DNA from: Auanema rhodensis
Lineage: Eukaryota; Animalia; Nematoda
Reading direction: 5' to 3'
Length of the DNA: 64,000 bases
Assembly: GCA_964057225.1 (NCBI GenBank)
Contig: OZ059898.1
Span: 2,108,001 to 2,172,000, forward strand
Under the pieces are notes generated by a model. The model was not told the origin of the DNA and ran no database searches. It saw only the letters and a program-made list of their open reading frames with translations. This document shows positions 40,013 through 54,403 of this stretch, one piece after another (position 1 is the first letter of the stretch; each line of letters starts with the position of its first letter). A program made the position numbers and the translations under genes.

Positions 40013-43000
40013 TTGTCAAAATGTTTTTGGAAGCAATGTTGAGTGTACATGGAAACTCAACATACACTAATGCATCATTTTTCAAACGATCATAACTAAT
40101 TTTTGTATTAAGCGTTTCTCAATGTAGTATAGTGCATTCGATGCGGATTTTTAAGCTGCGTCGATCTGTGTTATCAGATTTGCGCTAGCTTAAAAATGCA
40201 CCGAGATATCAACTGATATAAGTTCACACTTATATCCTCGATTTTCACCCTGAAGATTTAATTTTTTCGTTGAATAACATTGTCCATCGTCTTTGCCTTG
40301 AAAAATGGAATCTAAAAACATCTACTTTTTGCTAAATTATTTTGAAATTTTTCGAAAAAATTTTTGTCAAAATGTTTTTGGAAGCAATGTTGAGTGTACA
40401 TGGAAACTCAACATACACTAATGCATCATTTTTCAAACGATCATAACTAATTTTTGTATTAAGCGTTTCTCAATGTAGTATAGTGCATTCGATGCGGATT
40501 TTTAAGCTGCGTCGATCTGTGTTATCAGATTTGCGCTAGCTTAAAAATGCACCGAGATATCAACTGATATAAGTTCACACTTATATCCTCGATTTTCACC
40601 CTGAAGAATTAATTTTTTCGTTGAATAACATTGTCCATCGTTTTTGCCTTGAAAAAAGGAATCTAAAAACATCTACTTTTTGCTAAATTATTTTGAAATT
40701 TTTCGAAAAAATTTTTGTCAAAATGTTTTTGGAAGCAATGTTGAGTGTACATGGAAACTCAACATACACTAATGCATCATTTTTCAAACGATCATAACTA
40801 ATTTTTGTATTAAGCGTTTCTCAATGTAGTATAGTGCATTCGATGCGGATTTTTAAGCTGCGTCGATCTGTGTTATCAGATTTGCGCTAGCTTAAAAATG
40901 CACCGAGATATCAACTGATATAAGTTCACACTTATATCCTCGATTTTCACCCTGAAGAATTAATTTTTTCGTTGAATAACATTGTCCATCGTTTTTGCCT
41001 TGAAAAAAGGAATCTAAAAACATCTACTTTTTGCTAAATTATTTTGAAATTGTTCGAAAAAATTTTTGTCAAAATGTTTTTGGAAGCAATGTTGAGTGTA
41101 CATGGAAACTCAACATACACTAATGCATCATTTTTCAAACGATCATAACTAATTTTTGTATTAAGCGTTTCTCAATGTAGTATAGTGCATTCGATGCGGA
41201 TTTTTAAGCTGCGTCGATCTGTGTTATCAGATTTGCGCTAGCTTAAAAATGCACCGAGATATCAACTGATATAAGTTCACACTTATATCCTCGATTTTCA
41301 CCCTGAAGATTTAATTTTTTCGTTGAATAACATTGTCCATCGTCTTTGCCTTGAAAAATGGAATCTAAAAACATCTACTTTTTGCTAAATTATTTTGAAA
41401 TTTTTCGAAAAAATTTTTGTCAAAATGTTTTTGGAAGCAATGTTGAGTGTACATGGAAACTCAACATACACTAATGCATCATTTTTCAAACGATCATAAC
41501 TAATTTTTGTATTAAGCGTTTCTCAATGTAGTATAGTGCATTCGATGCGGATTTTTAAGCTGCGTCGATCTGTGTTATCAGATTTGCGCTAGCTTAAAAA
41601 TGCACCGAGATATCAACTGATATAAGTTCACACTTATATCCTCGATTTTCACCCTGAAGAATTAATTTTTTCGTTGAATAACATTGTCCATCGTTTTTGC
41701 CTTGAAAAAAGGAAACTAAAAACATCTACTTTTTGCTAAATTATTTTGAAATTTTTCGAAAAAATTTTTGTCAAAATGTTTTTGGAAGCAATGTTGAGTG
41801 TACATGGAAACTCAACATACACTAATGCATCATTTTTCAAACGATCATAACTAATTTTTGTATTAAGCGTTTCTCAATGTAGTATAGTGCATTCGATGCG
41901 GATTTTTAAGCTGCGTCGATCTGTGTTATCAGATTTGCGCTAGCTTAAAAATGCACCGAGATATCAACTGATATAAGTTCACACTTATATCCTCGATTTT
42001 CACCCTGAAGAATTAATTTTTTCGTTGAATAACATTGTCCATCGTTTTTGCCTTGAAAAAAGGAATCTAAAAACATCTACTTTTTGCTAAATTATTTTGA
42101 AATTGTTCGAAAAAATTTTTGTCAAAATGTTTTTGGAAGCAATGTTGAGTGTACATGGAAACTCAACATACACTAATGCATCATTTTTCAAACGATCATA
42201 ACTAATTTTTGTATTAAGCGTTTCTCAATGTAGTATAGTGCATTCGATGCGGATTTTTAAGCTGCGTCGATCTGTGTTATCAGATTTGCGCTAGCTTAAA
42301 AATGCACCGAGATATCAACTGATATAAGTTCACACTTATATCCTCGATTTTCACCCTGAAGATTTAATTTTTTCGTTGAATAACATTGTCCATCGTCTTT
42401 GCCTTGAAAAATGGAATCTAAAAACATCTACTTTTTGCTAAATTATTTTGAAATTTTTCGAAAAAATTTTTGTCAAAATGTTTTTGGAAGCAATGTTGAG
42501 TGTACATGGAAACTCAACATACACTAATGCATCATTTTTCAAACGATCATAACTAATTTTTGTATTAAGCGTTTCTCAATGTAGTATAGTGCATTCGATG
42601 CGGATTTTTAAGCTGCGTCGATCTGTGTTATCAGATTTGCGCTAGCTTAAAAATGCACCGAGATATCAACTGATATAAGTTCACACTTATATCCTCGATT
42701 TTCACCCTGAAGAATTAATTTTTTCGTTGAATAACATTGTCCATCGTTTTTGCCTTGAAAAAAGGAAACTAAAAACATCTACTTTTTGCTAAATTATTTT
42801 GAAATTTTTCGAAAAAATTTTTGTCAAAATGTTTTTGGAAGCAATGTTGAGTGTACATGGAAACTCAACATACACTAATGCATCATTTTTCAAACGATCA
42901 TAACTAATTTTTGTATTAAGCGTTTCTCAATGTAGTATAGTGCATTCGATGCGGATTTTTAAGCTGCGTCGATCTGTGTTATCAGATTTGCGCTAGCTTA

Positions 43001-43522
43001 AAAATGCACCGAGATATCAACTGATATAAGTTCACACTTATATCCTCGATTTTCACCCTGAAGAATTAATTTTTTCGTTGAATAACATTGTCCATCGTTT
43101 TTGCCTTGAAAAAAGGAATCTAAAAACATCTACTTTTTGCTAAATTATTTTGAAATTGTTCGAAAAAATTTTTGTCAAAATGTTTTTGGAAGCAATGTTG
43201 AGTGTACATGGAAACTCAACATACACTAATGCATCATTTTTCAAACGATCATAACTAATTTTTGTATTAAGCGTTTCTCAATGTAGTATAGTGCATTCGA
43301 TGCGGATTTTTAAGCTGCGTCGATCTGTGTTATCAGATTTGCGCTAGCTTAAAAATGCACCGAGATATCAACTGATATAAGTTCACACTTATATCCTCGA
43401 TTTTCACCCTGAAGATTTAATTTTTTCGTTGAATAACATTGTCCATCGTCTTTGCCTTGAAAAATGGAATCTAAAAACATCTACTTTTTGCTAAATTATT
43501 TTGAAATTTTTCGAAAAAATTT
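40013..43522. repeat. Trimeric HOR (B-D-D[T338G]) x3 plus one B, period 1053 bp
   Basis: AAATTGTTCG (T338G) in monomers 40715, 41768 and 42821; GGAAACTA (T299A) in 41417 and 42470. Confidence 0.87.
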
Positions 43523-46330
43523 TTGTCAAAATGTTTTTGGAAGCAATGTTGAGTGTACATGGAAACTCAACATACACTAATGCATCATTTTTCAAACGAT
43601 CATAACTAATTTTTGTATTAAGCGTTTCTCAATGTAGTATAGTGCATTCGATGCGGATTTTTAAGCTGCGTCGATCTGTGTTATCAGATTTGCGCTAGCT
43701 TAAAAATGCACCAAGATATCAACTGATATAAGTTCACACTTATATCCTCGATTTTCACCCTGAAGAATTAATTTTTTCGTTGAATAACAATGTCCATCGT
43801 CTTTGCCTTGAAAAAAGGAATCTAAAAACATCTACTTTTTGCTAAATTATTTTGAAATTTTTCGAAAAAATTTTTGTCAAAATGTTTTTGGAAGCAATGT
43901 TGAGTGTACATGGAAACTCAACATACACTAATGCATCATTTTTCAAACGATCATAACTAATTTTTGTATTAAGCGTTTCTCAATGTAGTATAGTGCATTC
44001 GATGCGGATTTTTAAGCTGCGTCGATCTGTGTTATCAGATTTGCGCTAGCTTAAAAATGCACCAAGATATCAACTGATATAAGTTCACACTTATATCCTC
44101 GATTTTCACCCTGAAGAATTAATTTTTTCGTTGAATAACATTGTCCATCGTCTTTGCCTTGAAAAAAGGAATCTAAAAACATCTACTTTTTGCTAAATTA
44201 TTTTGAAATTTTTCGAAAAAATTTTTGTCAAAATGTTTTTGGAAGCAATGTTGAGTGTACATGGAAACTCAACATACACTAATGCATCATTTTTCAAACG
44301 ATCATAACTAATTTTTGTATTAAGCGTTTCTCAATGTAGTATAGTGCATTCGATGCGGATTTTTAAGCTGCGTCGATCTGTGTTATCAGATTTGCGCTAG
44401 CTTAAAAATGCACCGAGATATCAACTGATATAAGTTCACACTTATATCCTCGATTTTCACCCTGAAGAATTAATTTTTTCGTTGAATAACATTGTCCATC
44501 GTCTTTGCCTTGAAAAAAGGAATCTAAAAACATCTACTTTTTGCTAAATTATTTTGAAATTTTTCGAAAAAAGTTTTGTCAAAATGTTTTTGGAAGCAAT
44601 GTTGAGTGTACATGGAAACTCAACATACACTAATGCATCATTTTTCAAACGATCATAACTAATTTTTGTATTAAGCGTTTCTCAATGTAGTATAGTGCAT
44701 TCGATGCGGATTTTTAAGCTGCGTCGATCTGTGTTATCAGATTTGCGCTAGCTTAAAAATGCACCGAGATATCAACTGATATAAGTTCACACTTATATCC
44801 TCGATTTTCACCCTGAAGAATTAATTTTTTCGTTGAATAACATTGTCCATCGTCTTTGCCTTGAAAAAAGGAATCTAAAAACATCTACTTTTTGCTAAAT
44901 TATTTTGAAATTTTTCGAAAAAATTTTTGTCAAAATGTTTTTGGAAGCAATGTTGAGTGTACATGGAAACTCAACATACACTAATGCATCATTTTTCAAA
45001 CGATCATAACTAATTTTTGTATTAAGCGTTTCTCAATGTAGTATAGTGCATTCGATGCGGATTTTTAAGCTGCGTCGATCTGTGTTATCAGATTTGCGCT
45101 AGCTTAAAAATGCACCGAGATATCAACTGATATAAGTTCACACTTATATCCTCGATTTTCACCCTGAAGATTTAATTTTTTCGTTGAATAACATTGTCCA
45201 TCGTCTTTGCCTTGAAAAATGGAATCTAAAAACATCTACTTTTTGCTAAATTATTTTGAAATTTTTCGAAAAAATTTTTGTCAAAATGTTTTTGGAAGCA
45301 ATGTTGAGTGTACATGGAAACTCAACATACACTAATGCATCATTTTTCAAACGATCATAACTAATTTTTGTATTAAGCGTTTCTCAATGTAGTATAGTGC
45401 ATTCGATGCGGATTTTTAAGCTGCGTCGATCTGTGTTATCAGATTTGCGCTAGCTTAAAAATGCACCGAGATATCAACTGATATAAGTTCACACTTATAT
45501 CCTCGATTTTCACCCTGAAGAATTAATTTTTTCGTTGAATAACATTGTCCATCGTTTTTGCCTTGAAAAAAGGAATCTAAAAACATCTACTTTTTGCTAA
45601 ATTATTTTGAAATTTTTCGAAAAAATTTTTGTCAAAATGTTTTTGGAAGCAATGTTGAGTGTACATGGAAACTCAACATACACTAATGCATCATTTTTCA
45701 AACGATCATAACTAATTTTTGTATTAAGCGTTTCTCAATGTAGTATAGTGCATTCGATGCGGATTTTTAAGCTGCGTCGATCTGTGTTATCAGATTTGCG
45801 CTAGCTTAAAAATACACCGAGATATCAACTGATATAAGTTCACACTTATATCCTCGATTTTCACCCTGAAGAATTAATTTTTTCGTTGAATAACATTGTC
45901 CATCGTCTTTGCCTTGAAAAAAGGAATCTAAAAACATCTACTTTTTGCTAAATTATTTTGAAATTTTTCGAAAAAATTTTTGTCAAAATGTTTTTGGAAG
46001 CAATGTTGAGTGTACATGGAAACTCAACATACACTAATGCATCATTTTTCAAACGATCATAACTAATTTTTGTATTAAGCGTTTCTCAATGTAGTATAGT
46101 GCATTCGATGCGGATTTTTAAGCTGCGTCGATCTGTGTTATCAGATTTGCGCTAGCTTAAAAATGCACCGAGATATCAACTGATATAAGTTCACACTTAT
46201 ATCCTCGATTTTCACCCTGAAGAATTAATTTTTTCGTTGAATAACATTGTCCATCGTTTTTGCCTTGAAAAAAGGAATCTAAAAACATCTACTTTTTGCT
46301 AAATTATTTTGAAATTTTTCGAAAAAATTT

Positions 46331-49300
46331 TTGTCAAAATGTTTTTGGAAGCAATGTTGAGTGTACATGGAAACTCAACTTACACTAATGCATCATTTTT
46401 CAAACGATCATAACTAATTTTTGTATTAAGCGTTTCTCAATGTAGTATAGTGCATTCGATGCGGATTTTTAAGCTGCGTCGATCTGTGTTATCAGATTTG
46501 CGCTAGCTTAAAAATGCACCGAGATATCAACTGATATAAGTTCACACTTATATCCTCGATTTTCACCCTGAAGATTTAATTTTTTCGTTGAATAACATTG
46601 TCCATCGTCTTTGCCTTGAAAAATGGAATCTAAAAACATCTACTTTTTGCTAAATTATTTTGAAATTTTTCGAAAAAATTTTTGTCAAAATGTTTTTGGA
46701 AGCAATGTTGAGTGTACATGGAAACTCAACATACACTAATGCATCATTTTTCAAACGATCATAACTAATTTTTGTATTAAGCGTTTCTCAATGTAGTATA
46801 GTGCATTCGATGCGGATTTTTAAGCTGCGTCGATCTGTGTTATCAGATTTGCGCTAGCTTAAAAATGCACCGAGATATCAACTGATATAAGTTCACACTT
46901 ATATCCTCGATTTTCACCCTGAAGAATTAATTTTTTCGTTGAATAACATTGTCCATCGTTTTTGCCTTGAAAAAAGGAATCTAGAAACATCTACTTTTTG
47001 CTAAATTATTTTGAAATTTTTCGAAAAAATTTTTGTCAAAATGTTTTTGGAAGCAATGTTGAGTGTACATGGAAACTCAACATACACTAATGCATCATTT
47101 TTCAAACGATCATAACTAATTTTTGTATTAAGCGTTTCTCAATGTAGTATAGTGCATTCGATGCGGATTTTTAAGCTGCGTCGATCTGTGTTATCAGATT
47201 TGCGCTAGCTTAAAAATACACCGAGATATCAACTGATATAAGTTCACACTTATATCCTCGATTTTCACCCTGAAGAATTAATTTTTTCGTTGAATAACAT
47301 TGTCCATCGTTTTTGCCTTGAAAAAAGGAATCTAAAAACATCTACTTTTTGCTAAATTATTTTGAAATTTTTCGAAAAAATTTTTGTCAAAATGTTTTTG
47401 GAAGCAATGTTGAGTGTACATGGAAACTCAACATACACTAATGCATCATTTTTCAAACGATCATAACTAATTTTTGTATTAAGCGTTTCTCAATGTAGTA
47501 TAGTGCATTCGATGCGGATTTTTAAGCTGCGTCGATCTGTGTTATCAGATTTGCGCTAGCTTAAAAATGCACCGAGATATCAACTGATATAAGTTCACAC
47601 TTATATCCTCGATTTTCACCCTGAAGAATTAATTTTTTCGTTGAATAACATTGTCCATCGTTTTTGCCTTGAAAAAAGGAATCTAAAAACATCTACTTTT
47701 TGCTAAATTATTTTGAAATTTTTCGAAAAAATTTTTGTCAAAATGTTTTTGGAAGCAATGTTGAGTGTACATGGAAACTCAACATACACTAATGCATCAT
47801 TTTTCAAACGATCATAACTAATTTTTATATTAAGCGTTTCTCAATGTAGTATAGTGCATTCGATGCGGATTTTTAAGCTGCGTCGATCTGTGTTATCAGA
47901 TTTGCGCTAGCTTAAAAATACACCGAGATATCAACTGATATAAGTTCACACTTATATCCTCGATTTTCACCCTGAAGAATTAATTTTTTCGTTGAATAAC
48001 ATTGTCCATCGTTTTTGCCTTGAAAAAAGGAATCTAAAAACATCTACTTTTTGCTAAATTATTTTGAAATTTTTCGAAAAAATTTTTGTCAAAATGTTTT
48101 TGGAAGCAATGTTGAGTGTACATGGAAACTCAACATACACTAATGCATCATTTTTCAAACGATCATAACTAATTTTTGTATTAAGCGTTTCTCAATGTAG
48201 TATAGTGCATTCGATGCGGATTTTTAAGCTGCGTCGATCTGTGTTATCAGATTTGCGCTAGCTTAAAAATGCACCGAGATATCAACTGATATAAGTTCAC
48301 ACTTATATCCTCGATTTTCACCCTGAAGAATTAATTTTTTCGTTGAATAACATTGTCCATCGTTTTTGCCTTGAAAAAAGGAATCTAAAAACATCTACTT
48401 TTTGCTAAATTATTTTGAAATTTTTCGAAAAAATTTTTGTCAAAATGTTTTTGGAAGCAATGTTGAGTGTACATGGAAACTCAACATACACTAATGCATC
48501 ATTTTTCAAACGATCATAACTAATTTTTGTATTAAGCGTTTCTCAATGTAGTATAGTGCATTCGATGCGGATTTTTAAGCTGCGTCGATCTGTGTTATCA
48601 GATTTGCGCTAGCTTAAAAATGCACCGAGATATCAACTGATATAAGTTCACACTTATATCCTCGATTTTCACCCTGAAGAATTAATTTTTTCGTTGAATA
48701 ACATTGTCCATCGTTTTTGCCTTGAAAAAAGGAATCTAAAAACATCTACTTTTTGCTAAATTATTTTGAAATTTTTCGAAAAAATTTTTGTCAAAATGTT
48801 TTTGGAAGCAATGTTGAGTGTACATGGAAACTCAACATACACTAATGCATCATTTTTCAAACGATCATAACTAATTTTTGTATTAAGCGTTTCTCAATGT
48901 AGTATAGTGCATTCGATGCGGATTTTTAAGCTGCGTCGATCTGTGTTATCAGATTTGCGCTAGCTTAAAAATGCACCGAGATATCAACTGATATAAGTTC
49001 ACACTTATATCCTCGATTTTCACCCTGAAGATTTAATTTTTTCGTTGAATAACATTGTCCATCGTCTTTGCCTTGAAAAATGGAATCTAAAAACATCTAC
49101 TTTTTGCTAAATTATTTTGAAATTTTTCGAAAAAATTTTTGTCAAAATGTTTTTGGAAGCAATGTTGAGTGTACATGGAAACTCAACATACACTAATGCA
49201 TCATTTTTCAAACGATCATAACTAATTTTTGTATTAAGCGTTTCTCAATGTAGTATAGTGCATTCGATGCGGATTTTTAAGCTGCGTCGATCTGTGTTAT

Positions 49301-52300
49301 CAGATTTGCGCTAGCTTAAAAATGCACCGAGATATCAACTGATATAAGTTCACACTTATATCCTCGATTTTCACCCTGAAGAATTAATTTTTTCGTTGAA
49401 TAACATTGTCCATCGTTTTTGCCTTGAAAAAAGGAATCTAAAAACATCTACTTTTTGCTAAATTATTTTGAAATTTTTCGAAAAAATTTTTGTCAAAATG
49501 TTTTTGGAAGCAATGTTGAGTGTACATGGAAACTCAACATACACTAATGCATCATTTTTCAAACGATCATAACTAATTTTTGTATTAAGCGTTTCTCAAT
49601 GTAGTATAGTGCATTCGATGCGGATTTTTAAGCTGCGTCGATCTGTGTTATCAGATTTGCGCTAGCTTAAAAATGCACCGAGATATCAACTGATATAAGT
49701 TCACACTTATATCCTCGATTTTCACCCTGAAGATTTAATTTTTTCGTTGAATAACATTGTCCATCGTCTTTGCCTTGAAAAATGGAATCTAAAAACATCT
49801 ACTTTTTGCTAAATTATTTTGAAATTTTTCGAAAAAATTTTTGTCAAAATGTTTTTGGAAGCAATGTTGAGTGTACATGGAAACTCAACATACACTAATG
49901 CATCATTTTTCAAACGATCATAACTAATTTTTGTATTAAGCGTTTCTCAATGTAGTATAGTGCATTCGATGCGGATTTTTAAGCTGCGTCGATCTGTGTT
50001 ATCAGATTTGCGCTAGCTTAAAAATGCACCGAGATATCAACTGATATAAGTTCACACTTATATCCTCGATTTTCACCCTGAAGAATTAATTTTTTCGTTG
50101 AATAACATTGTCCATCGTTTTTGCCTTGAAAAAAGGAATCTAGAAACATCTACTTTTTGCTAAATTATTTTGAAATTTTTCGAAAAAATTTTTGTCAAAA
50201 TGTTTTTGGAAGCAATGTTGAGTGTACATGGAAACTCAACATACACTAATGCATCATTTTTCAAACGATCATAACTAATTTTTGTATTAAGCGTTTCTCA
50301 ATGTAGTATAGTGCATTCGATGCGGATTTTTAAGCTGCGTCGATCTGTGTTATCAGATTTGCGCTAGCTTAAAAATACACCGAGATATCAACTGATATAA
50401 GTTCACACTTATATCCTCGATTTTCACCCTGAAGAATTAATTTTTTCGTTGAATAACATTGTCCATCGTTTTTGCCTTGAAAAAAGGAATCTAAAAACAT
50501 CTACTTTTTGCTAAATTATTTTGAAATTTTTCGAAAAAATTTTTGTCAAAATGTTTTTGGAAGCAATGTTGAGTGTACATGGAAACTCAACATACACTAA
50601 TGCATCATTTTTCAAACGATCATAACTAATTTTTGTATTAAGCGTTTCTCAATGTAGTATAGTGCATTCGATGCGGATTTTTAAGCTGCGTCGATCTGTG
50701 TTATCAGATTTGCGCTAGCTTAAAAATGCACCGAGATATCAACTGATATAAGTTCACACTTATATCCTCGATTTTCACCCTGAAGAATTAATTTTTTCGT
50801 TGAATAACATTGTCCATCGTTTTTGCCTTGAAAAAAGGAATCTAAAAACATCTACTTTTTGCTAAATTATTTTGAAATTTTTCGAAAAAATTTTTGTCAA
50901 AATGTTTTTGGAAGCAATGTTGAGTGTACATGGAAACTCAACATACACTAATGCATCATTTTTCAAACGATCATAACTAATTTTTATATTAAGCGTTTCT
51001 CAATGTAGTATAGTGCATTCGATGTGGATTTTTAAGCTGCGTCGATCTGTGTTATCAGATTTGCGCTAGCTTAAAAATACACCGAGATATCAACTGATAT
51101 AAGTTCACACTTATATCCTCGATTTTCACCCTGAAGAATTAATTTTTTCGTTGAATAACATTGTCCATCGTTTTTGCCTTGAAAAAAGGAATCTAAAAAC
51201 ATCTACTTTTTGCTAAATTATTTTGAAATTTTTCGAAAAAATTTTTGTCAAAATGTTTTTGGAAGCAATGTTGAGTGTACATGGAAACTCAACATACACT
51301 AATGCATCATTTTTCAAACGATCATAACTAATTTTTGTATTAAGCGTTTCTCAATGTAGTATAGTGCATTCGATGCGGATTTTTAAGCTGCGTCGATCTG
51401 TGTTATCAGATTTGCGCTAGCTTAAAAATGCACCGAGATATCAACTGATATAAGTTCACACTTATATCCTCGATTTTCACCCTGAAGAATTAATTTTTTC
51501 GTTGAATAACATTGTCCATCGTTTTTGCCTTGAAAAAAGGAATCTAAAAACATCTACTTTTTGCTAAATTATTTTGAAATTTTTCGAAAAAATTTTTGTC
51601 AAAATGTTTTTGGAAGCAATGTTGAGTGTACATGGAAACTCAACATACACTAATGCATCATTTTTCAAACGATCATAACTAATTTTTGTATTAAGCGTTT
51701 CTCAATGTAGTATAGTGCATTCGATGCGGATTTTTAAGCTGCGTCGATCTGTGTTATCAGATTTGCGCTAGCTTAAAAATGCACCGAGATATCAACTGAT
51801 ATAAGTTCACACTTATATCCTCGATTTTCACCCTGAAGAATTAATTTTTTCGTTGAATAACATTGTCCATCGTTTTTGCCTTGAAAAAAGGAATCTAAAA
51901 ACATCTACTTTTTGCTAAATTATTTTGAAATTTTTCGAAAAAATTTTTGTCAAAATGTTTTTGGAAGCAATGTTGAGTGTACATGGAAACTCAACATACA
52001 CTAATGCATCATTTTTCAAACGATCATAACTAATTTTTGTATTAAGCGTTTCTCAATGTAGTATAGTGCATTCGATGCGGATTTTTAAGCTGCGTCGATC
52101 TGTGTTATCAGATTTGCGCTAGCTTAAAAATGCACCGAGATATCAACTGATATAAGTTCACACTTATATCCTCGATTTTCACCCTGAAGATTTAATTTTT
52201 TCGTTGAATAACATTGTCCATCGTCTTTGCCTTGAAAAATGGAATCTAAAAACATCTACTTTTTGCTAAATTATTTTGAAATTTTTCGAAAAAATTTTTG

Positions 52301-52648
52301 TCAAAATGTTTTTGGAAGCAATGTTGAGTGTACATGGAAACTCAACATACACTAATGCATCATTTTTCAAACGATCATAACTAATTTTTGTATTAAGCGT
52401 TTCTCAATGTAGTATAGTGCATTCGATGCGGATTTTTAAGCTGCGTCGATCTGTGTTATCAGATTTGCGCTAGCTTAAAAATGCACCGAGATATCAACTG
52501 ATATAAGTTCACACTTATATCCTCGATTTTCACCCTGAAGAATTAATTTTTTCGTTGAATAACATTGTCCATCGTTTTTGCCTTGAAAAAAGGAATCTAA
52601 AAACATCTACTTTTTGCTAAATTATTTTGAAATTTTTCGAAAAAATTT
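46331..52648. repeat. 9-monomer HOR (3159 bp) x2
   Basis: A303G at monomers 46682/49841; G186A at 47033/50192; G93A+G186A at 47735/50894; B at 48788/51947. Confidence 0.87.
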
Positions 52649-54403
52649 TTGTCAAAATGTTTTTGGAAGCAATGTTGAGTGTACATGGAAACTCAACATA
52701 CACTAATGCATCATTTTTCAAACGATCATAACTAATTTTTGTATTAAGCGTTCCTCAATGTAGTATAGTGCATTCGATGCGGATTTTTAAGCTGCGTCGA
52801 TCTGTGTTATCAGATTTGCGCTAGCTTAAAAATGCACCGAGATATCAACTGATATAAGTTCACACTTATATCCTCGATTTTCACCCTGAAGATTTAATTT
52901 TTTCGTTGAATAACATTGTCCATCGTCTTTGCCTTGAAAAATGGAATCTAAAAACATCTACTTTTTGCTAAATTATTTTGAAATTTTTCGAAAAAATTTT
53001 TGTCAAAATGTTTTTGGAAGCAATGTTGAGTGTACATGGAAACTCAACATACACTAATGCATCATTTTTCAAACGATCATAACTAATTTTTGTATTAAGC
53101 GTTTTTCAATGTAGTATAGTGCATTCGATGCGGATTTTTAAGCTGCGTCGATCTGTGTTATCAGATTTGCGCTAGCTTAAAAATGCACCGAGATATCAAC
53201 TGATATAAGTTCACACTTATATCCTCGATTTTCACCCTGAAGAATTAATTTTTTCGTTGAATAACATTGTCCATCGTTTTTGCCTTGAAAAAAGGAATCT
53301 AAAAACATCTACTTTTTGCTAAATTATTTTGAAATTTTTCGAAAAAATTTTTGTCAAAATGTTTTTGGAACCAATGTTGAGTGTACATGGAAACTCAACA
53401 TACACTAATGCATCATTTTTCAAACGATCATAACTAATTTTTGTATTAAGCGTTTCTCAATGTAGTATAGTGCATTCGATGCGGATTTTTAAGCTGCGTC
53501 GATCTGTGTTATCAGATTTGCGCTAGCTTAAAAATGCACCGAGATATCAACTGATATAAGTTCACACTTATATCCTCGATTTTCACCCTGAAGAATTAAT
53601 TTTTTCGTTGAATAACATTGTCCATCGTTTTTGCCTTGAAAAAAGGAATCTAAAAACATCTACTTTTTGCTAAATTATTTTGAAATTTTTCGAAAAAATT
53701 TTTGTCAAAATGTTTTTGGAAGCAATGTTGAGTGTACATGGAAACTCAACATACACTAATGCATCATTTTTCAAACGATCATAACTAATTTTTGTATTAA
53801 GCGTTTCTCAATGTAGTATAGTGCATTCGATGCGGATTTTTAAGCTGCGTCGATCTGTGTTATCAGATTTGCGCTAGCTTAAAAATGCACCGAGATATCA
53901 ACTGATATAAGTTCACACTTATATCCTCGATTTTCACCCTGAAGAATTAATTTTTTCGTTGAATAACATTGTCCATCGTTTTTGCCTTGAAAAAAGGAAT
54001 CTAAAAACATCTACTTTTTGCTAAATTATTTTGAAATTTTTCGAAAAAATTTTTGTCAAAATGTTTTTGGAAGCAATGTTGAGTGTACATGGAAACTCAA
54101 CATACACTAATGCATCATTTTTCAAACGATCATAACTAATTTTTGTATTAAGCGTTTCTCAATGTAGTATAGTGCATTCGATGCGGATTTTTAAGCTGCG
54201 TCGATCTGTGTTATCAGATTTGCGCTAGCTTAAAAATGCACCGAGATATCAACTGATATAAGTTCACACTTATATCCTCGATTTTCACCCTGAAGAATTA
54301 ATTTTTTCGTTGAATAACATTGTCCATCGTTTTTGCCTTGAAAAAAGGAATCTAAAAACATCTACTTTTTGCTAAATTATTTTGAAATTTTTCGAAAAAA
54401 TTT

